Assembly (NCBI GenBank): GCA_963793205.1
Contig: CAWBZM010000003.1
Span: 218,193 to 282,192, forward strand
Direction: 5' to 3'
Source of the DNA: an uncultured Gemmatimonadales bacterium
GTDB taxonomy: Bacteria; Gemmatimonadota; Gemmatimonadetes; Gemmatimonadales; GWC2-71-9
Length of the DNA: 64,000 nt
The stretch's first letter is position 1; the number at the start of each line of letters is the position of its first letter. Made by a program: the position numbers and the translations under genes. The notes beneath the pieces were generated by a model. That model had not been told where the DNA came from. It saw nothing but the letters and a program-made list of their open reading frames with translations, and ran no database searches. Below, one piece after another: positions 59,384 through 64,000 of this stretch.

Positions 59384-59577
59384 CGCAGATTACACATCGT
59401 CCGCAGATGGCGCAGATGACGCAGATGAGCGCAGATGAGCGATCAGATGAGCGCAGATGACGCAGATGACGCAGATGACGCAGATGACACAGATGGCGCA
59501 GATGACGCAGATGGCGCAGATCGCGCAGACTGAAGCTAGATGGCGCAGATTAGTCTGCGCCATCTGCGTCATCTGTG
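59384..59577. repeat. hairpin microsatellite element E (9-mer CGCAGATGR)
   Basis: About 15 tandem CGCAGATGR units. Perfect 12 bp terminal hairpin AGATGGCGCAGA-TTAG-TCTGCGCCATCT at 59538-59565, plus a further inverted unit. Ends 4 nt from the rex stop. Confidence 0.85.
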
Positions 59578-59581
59578 GACC

Positions 59582-60207
59582 CTAGCGGTTGGTCAGCGCG
59601 TAGCTCAGCGTCTCCAGCTCCAGGGCCAGGTTCACGTTCTTCACCGACGACATCGTCGGGCACATCGAGCTGCACCGGGGCAAAATTGAGAATCGCCTTG
59701 ACCCCGGCGTGCACCAGCCGTGTCGGCCAGGGCCTGCGCCGCCTCGGCCGGGGTCACCAGCACGGCGATATCCACCGGGTGTGCCGCTGAGCTCGCCTTC
59801 CAGGTCCCTCACGTCGCGGACGGTGAGGCCATTCCAGTGCTTGCCCGATCTTCCCGCGGTCGGCGTCGAAGATCGCGACGATCTCGAATCCCCGCTGCTT
59901 GAACCCGCGGTACTGGACCAGGGCGCTGCCGATCTTCCCCGCCCCGATCATCGCCACCCGGTAACTGCCGTCGCAGGCCGAGGATTTCCCGCAGTCGACG
60001 CACCAGCTCGGGCACCGCGTAGCCCAATCCCCGTTTGCCGAACGAGCCGAAGAAGGACAGATCCTTCCGGACCTGGGCGGAGGTCGTCCCGCCGCGAGCG
60101 GCGAGCGCCTCGGAGCTGACCGTTTCCCGCCCCTCCTCTTCGAATTCTTCGAGGAAGCGCAGGTAGAGGGACAGACGGCGGACGGTGGACTCGGCGATCT
60201 TGCGCAT
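59582..60207 (-). pseudogene. rex: redox-sensing transcriptional repressor Rex, multiple frameshifts as sequenced
   Basis: N-terminal winged helix (STVRRLSLYLRFL...AQVRKDLSFFGSFGKRGLGY), Rossmann segment MIGAGKIGSALV and C-terminal VKNVNLALELETLSYAL lie in different frames. Confidence 0.75.
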
Positions 60208-60212
60208 CGGTT

Positions 60213-60230
60213 TTGTGAAAGATTTCACAA
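60213..60230 (-). promoter_or_regulatory. Rex operator (ROP box)
   Basis: TTGTGAA-ATCT-TTCACAA on the minus strand matches the TTGTGAAnnnnTTCACAA consensus exactly. It ends 5 nt upstream of the rex ATG. Confidence 0.8.
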
Positions 60231-60272
60231 ATCTAGCCGCAAGCCGACGCGCCGGAGGTCAGGGGAAGGGAT

Positions 60273-61053
60273 TCAGCCGCGGGGTGTCGAGGCCTGAAAC
60301 AGGCGGACGAATCTGGGGTGGTGCGAGCTCTTCGGCCGGGTGGCGGGGAGAGTCTCCGCCTGGGCGAGCCACCCGCCGACCGTCGCCGGCTCGGCCCGGT
60401 CAGTTCCCGGAGTCCCCGCATCAGCTGCTTGCGCCGGAAGCCGAAGAGTCCCACCACCAAGCGCCGGAAGGGGAGCACTTCGCGTCCGGCGATGAGGGGC
60501 TCCGCCAGCGGCGTCAGCCGTAGCACCGCCGAGTCCACCCTGGGCGGCGGGCGGAAGGCGCCGGCCGGGACCGTGAAGAGCCGCTCCACCCGGGCCACGG
60601 CCTGGACGCCGACGGTCAGGGCGCCGTAGTCGCTGCCGCCGGGAGCGCGCCGCAACCCGGTCCGCCACTTCCTTCTGCACCAGGAAGACGATGCGGCGCG
60701 GCCGCGGCGGCCGGAGCGCCTGGTCGAGCAGCGGCGACGTGATGTTGTAGGGGATGTTGCCGGCGACCGCGACCGGCCCCGGCCCCGCCAGCGCGTGCCA
60801 GTCCACCTCGAGCGCATCGCCCTCGACGAGTTCCAGCCGGGGGAACCGGCGCCGCAGCTCCGGCACCAGGTCGCGGTCCTTCTCGATCGCGATGAGCCGA
60901 CCCGCGCCCTGCGTACAGCTGGGCGGTAGGCCGCCCGGTCCCGGCCCGATTTCCAGCACGGTGTCGCCCGGTGCGGGCTCCAGCGCGCCCGCGATCCGGC
61001 GCAGGAGGTTGGGATCGCGCAAGAAAATGCTGGCCGAGGGATTTCTTGGGCAT
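60273..61053 (-). pseudogene. rsmA: 16S rRNA (adenine1518/1519-N6)-dimethyltransferase, multiple frameshifts as sequenced
   Basis: MPKKSLGQHFL, then RDPNLLRRIAGAL...VLEIGPGPGGL, NIPYNITSPLL, FLVQKEVADR and PPPRVDSAVLRL are spread over three frames. Confidence 0.75.
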
Positions 61054-61125
61054 GGAACCAATGTATCAGGGGCGGCTCGGCGGCTCGGCGAGCAGAGTAG
61101 CCTGCCTGCTTCCCTACTGGCGGAG

Positions 61126-62695
61126 TCACCGATCCGCAATCACCAGCAGCGTCCGGTCGTCCATCGGCTTGATCTCGGCCGCATCGGCTTCGGCGAAGAC
61201 CGCCCCGACGATCGCCTCCGGGCGTCAGATGGCGGCGGCAGGCGATTTCGCGCAGGAGCCGCTCCTCGGTAAAGGCACCGCCGCGTTCCCTGCTCCACCA
61301 GGCCGTCGGTCCAGAGACAGAGCAGGTCGTGCTCGGCGTTCCACGGCGACCTGCTGCAAGCCGATACTCTCCGCCGTGGCCAGTCCGAGGGGTGGGGCGG
61401 TGACGGCCAGCCGCTCCGGCGTCCCCACTCTGCGGAATCCGGAAGGCGTGCGGGTGGCCGGCGCTGGCGTAGGTCAGCCGCTCGTTGCGGGGATCCAGGA
61501 CGCCGTAGAACACGCGACAGGAACATCTCGGTGGAGGCCAGTTCGTCGCCGAGGCTGTCGAGCAGCGACGACCAGCGTCTCATCGGGGGTGTTCGAGCTG
61601 CCGGCGTGAATCCCGCCGGCGGACATGACCAGCGCCATGACCAGCGCGGCGGAGAAGCCGTGGGATGAGACGTCGCCCAGCATGACCCCCACCCGGCCGT
61701 CCCGAGCCGAGTGAAGGTGTAGAAGTCGCCGCCGACGCTGTCCGCCGGTCGGCAGATCGCGCGCCACGTCGGCATCGCCCTGCAGGACGACCGGCGAGGG
61801 CAGGAGGTTGAGCTGGAGGTCGTGGGCCAGTTCCAGCTCGCGCTGCAGCCGCTGCGGCGCACATCGCGCGCGACCAGCCGGGCGTTCTCGATGGCGGCGC
61901 CGATCTGGTTGGCCACGGCGGTGACCAGCTTGGCCTGCGAGGGGGTGAAGCTGTCGCCCCCCAGGCGGTCGGTGAGGTTGATGACGCCGACGCAGCGGGA
62001 CCCGGCGCCCGGGCGCGGCGTACTGGATCGGGATGCTGAGGAAGGCCTGGCCGCGGTAGCCGCGCTCGGTGGTCGTGCCGGGGTTCTGGGCCAGCCGGTC
62101 GGCGGGATCGTTGACGATGATGCGCCGCTCGCGGAACACCCGGGCCGCCACCGAGGCCCGATCGTCCACCGGCACCGGGAGCATGCCGCCGTGCGAGAAT
62201 CCGCGGGCGGCGACGGTCCGCAGCAGGCCCGGTCTCCTCGTCGTGCACCATGATCGAGGCCCGCCGCGCGCCGACCACATCGGCCACTTCCCGCACGATG
62301 GTCTGGGCCGCTTCCTCCAGCCGGACGGTGTGGCCCAGGATCTCGCTGATGGCGTAGAGGAGGTCGATCTCCTCGTAGCGGCCGGTCAGCTCGTCGGTGA
62401 TCTCCGCCGTTTCCCGCTCGGCGGTGAAGAAGGCAGCGAGAATACCCAGCAGCTGGGGCGACAGTTCGGCGGCGCGGGACTCGGTGACGGCGCCGATCTC
62501 GAGCCAGAAGCCCTGGGCATCGGGCACCGGGGCGAGCCAGGCCGACCCGGTCGGGGTCGGTACCAGGCCGGGCGCGAGAGGAATGGGGGAGAGAAGCCGG
62601 GGTCGATCCCGGCGCCAAAGGCGCGGAGGCCGCGACCGTCGTAGCGCCACAGGCGGACCCGGGCCCCCACCAGGGCGCCGAGGGCATCCGCCACT
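61126..62695 (-). pseudogene. GAF-domain PP2C (SpoIIE/RsbU-type) serine phosphatase, many frameshifts as sequenced
   Basis: GAF-like segment (EEIDLLYAISEILG...), then LELAHDLQLNLLP, SVGGDFY, VMLGDVSSHG, DGLVE and the C-terminal DDRTLLVIADR stop at 61126. The start is approximate. Confidence 0.65.
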
Positions 62696-62708
62696 GACTC
62701 GAGACCGG

Positions 62709-63183
62709 TCAGCGGCGCCGAAGTGTCATGCAGATGGAGTTCCCCGAGGCATTGAACTGGACGTCGTCCACCAGCTTCCGGATCAGGAAGAGGCCGCGTC
62801 CGCTGGCCCGGTCGAGCTCCTCGGGCATCAGCGGATCGACGATCTGGCGGGATCGAAGCCGGGCCCTGATCGGTCACCTCGACCTTCAGCAGATCACCCC
62901 CGAGTTCCGCCTGGACTTCCACCCACTTGGAGCGGTCCTCCTGGTTGCCGGCAATGATCGCGTTGGCGAGCGCCTCGGCGAGCGCGACCCGGAGGTTGAA
63001 CCGGAGCCGGCGGCAGAGCCAGCTGTCGGTGCAGAGGTGACGCATCAGGAGGTCAATGACTTCCTCAATGCACCCCACATCGCTCGGAACGCGGAGCGAC
63101 ACAGCGACCACGCTGCCGGTGCTGGAGGGCACCCGGCGGCGGCGGAGGCAGAGCCGCAGTTCGGCGGGGAGCGGTGCGGTCAT
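62709..63183 (-). pseudogene. anti-sigma-factor-type serine kinase (RsbW/SpoIIAB-like HATPase), frameshifted near the C-terminus as sequenced
   Basis: ALAEALANAIIAGN N-box and VEVTDQGPGF are followed in other frames by GRGLFLIRKLVDDVQFNASGNSICMTLRRR and the stop at 62709. Its start overlaps the STAS gene stop. Confidence 0.7.
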
Positions 63184-63521
63184 CCGGCGAACCCGCCGGC
63201 GGCACGCTCGGCGGTATCGCTGATGGCGAAGAGGGTATCCAGCTTGGTCAGCTCGAACAGGGAACGGAGGTCCTCGTTGAGTCCGGACAAGCGGAGCTCG
63301 CCACCCTGTTCACGCATCTTCTTGGAGATCGACACCAGGGCGCCGAGGCCGGACGAGTCGATGTACCCGGTACGGGAGAAGTCGATCACGAAGCGACGGT
63401 CTCCCTGGTCCAGGGCTTCCTGCACCGCGGCCTTGAGTTCCTGCCGGTTGCCCACGATGAGCTGGCCCTCGACCCGGATCAGGTAGACGCCGGTGGTATC
63501 CTTTGCGGCGCTGAACGCCAT
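63180..63521 (-). CDS. STAS-domain anti-sigma-factor antagonist (RsbV/SpoIIAA-like)
   Basis: 113 aa from the ATG at 63521, with the phosphorylatable-serine context DFSRTGYIDSSGLGALV. Confidence 0.85.
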   Translation of the reverse strand: MAFSAAKDTTGVYLIRVEGQLIVGNRQELKAAVQEALDQGDRRFVIDFSRTGYIDSSGLGALVSISKKMREQGGELRLSGLNEDLRSLFELTKLDTLFAISDTAERAAGGFAG

Positions 63522-63582
63522 GCGACTCCTCCAGGGGCCAGGGCCCGTTGACGACCGCCACTCTCCGGGGTGGCTCCCGGTG

Positions 63583-64000
63583 CTAGCGCAGCGGGCGAGA
63601 ATCGAGCGCTTCCGGGGCCTCGGCCCCCTGCAGCGCGACCATCGCCGCCACCTCCACAATATCCTCCGTACTCGCCCCGCGCGAGAGGTCGCTCATGGGT
63701 CGGGCGAGCCCCTGCAGCAGTGGGCCCAGGGCCGCAGCCTTGGCCAGCTGGTGCACCAGTTTATACCCAATATTGCCGCTGTCGAGGTCGGGAAAGACCA
63801 GGATGTTGGCTGCGCCAGCCAGCGGGGAGTCTGGCGCCTTCCGCTGGGCAATGTCGGGATCGAGGGCGGCATCGACCTGCAGTTCGCCGTCCACCACGAT
63901 ATCGGGCGCCAGTTCGCGGAACAGGGCGACCGCCTCCCGCACCCGGGCGATCCGTTCGCCGGCGGCGCTCCCCCGTGAGCTGTACGACAGGAACGCCACC
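63583..64000 (-). CDS. phosphate acetyl/butyryl-transferase family protein, C-terminal part (gene runs off the window)
   Basis: PTA_PTB-type C-terminus ([11 protein letters not shown]...[17 protein letters not shown]...[10 protein letters not shown]). It could be Pta or the C-terminal domain of a MaeB-type malic enzyme. Confidence 0.7.
   Translation of the reverse strand, partial: VAFLSYSSRGSAAGERIARVREAVALFRELAPDIVVDGELQVDAALDPDIAQRKAPDSPLAGAANILVFPDLDSGNIGYKLVHQLAKAAALGPLLQGLARPMSDLSRGASTEDIVEVAAMVALQGAEAPEALDSRPLR

Noticed and set aside
59384-59577. CRISPR interpretation of the tandem arrays.
   Set aside because: The units are 7-9 nt and directly abutting, with no unique spacers. There are no cas genes in the window, and repeat length is far below the CRISPR range.

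Overview
GC-rich bacterial chromosomal window (about two-thirds G+C by eye). It is almost all core housekeeping genes, and about 90% of coding sequence is on the minus strand. Many adjacent genes have 1-4 nt start/stop overlaps of the ATGA or GTGA type, so they appear translationally coupled. Protein families and gene order (PadR plus duplicated FtsX-type permease, GldG-type ABC system, high GC) suggest a Gemmatimonadota/Acidobacteriota-like soil lineage, but this is inference only.

Recognisable blocks:
- dut-ald-M16 peptidase-pnp-rpsO
- Ser/Thr kinase convergent with an ABC/GldG/DUF4340-like operon
- rseP-dxr-cdsA-uppS-frr-pyrH-tsf-rpsB and rpsI-rplM
- PadR plus permease
- an acyl-CoA carboxylase operon
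- rpsA-cmk-aroA-tyrA
- a small receiver/membrane protein/pilin-like operon
- PPK2
- an RCC1-repeat lipoprotein cluster
- tRNA-Leu(UAA) and galK
- recN-nadK-dxs-ispA-xseB-xseA-folD-rny-zapA-pheT-pheS-rplT-rpmI-infC
- MBL hydrolase, DnaQ-like exonuclease, arcA, rex, rsmA, and an RsbU/RsbW/STAS partner-switching module next to a partial pta-family gene

I found no mobile element, CRISPR array, rRNA or obviously novel multi-protein system.

The most unusual signal is non-coding. Six spacers between same-strand genes are filled by tandem arrays of a 7-9 nt unit followed by arrays of the reverse-complement unit. Each spacer can therefore fold as one long hairpin that abuts the neighbouring stop or start codon. 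Four sites also share a core of the form CGGAGGYNRGGGGAT.

The second notable signal is many frameshifts and one in-frame stop in otherwise well-conserved genes, some of them essential. They are isolated at 23.8, 36.5 and 42.4-44.2 kb and dense across 56.3-63.2 kb. This looks more like consensus error than biology.
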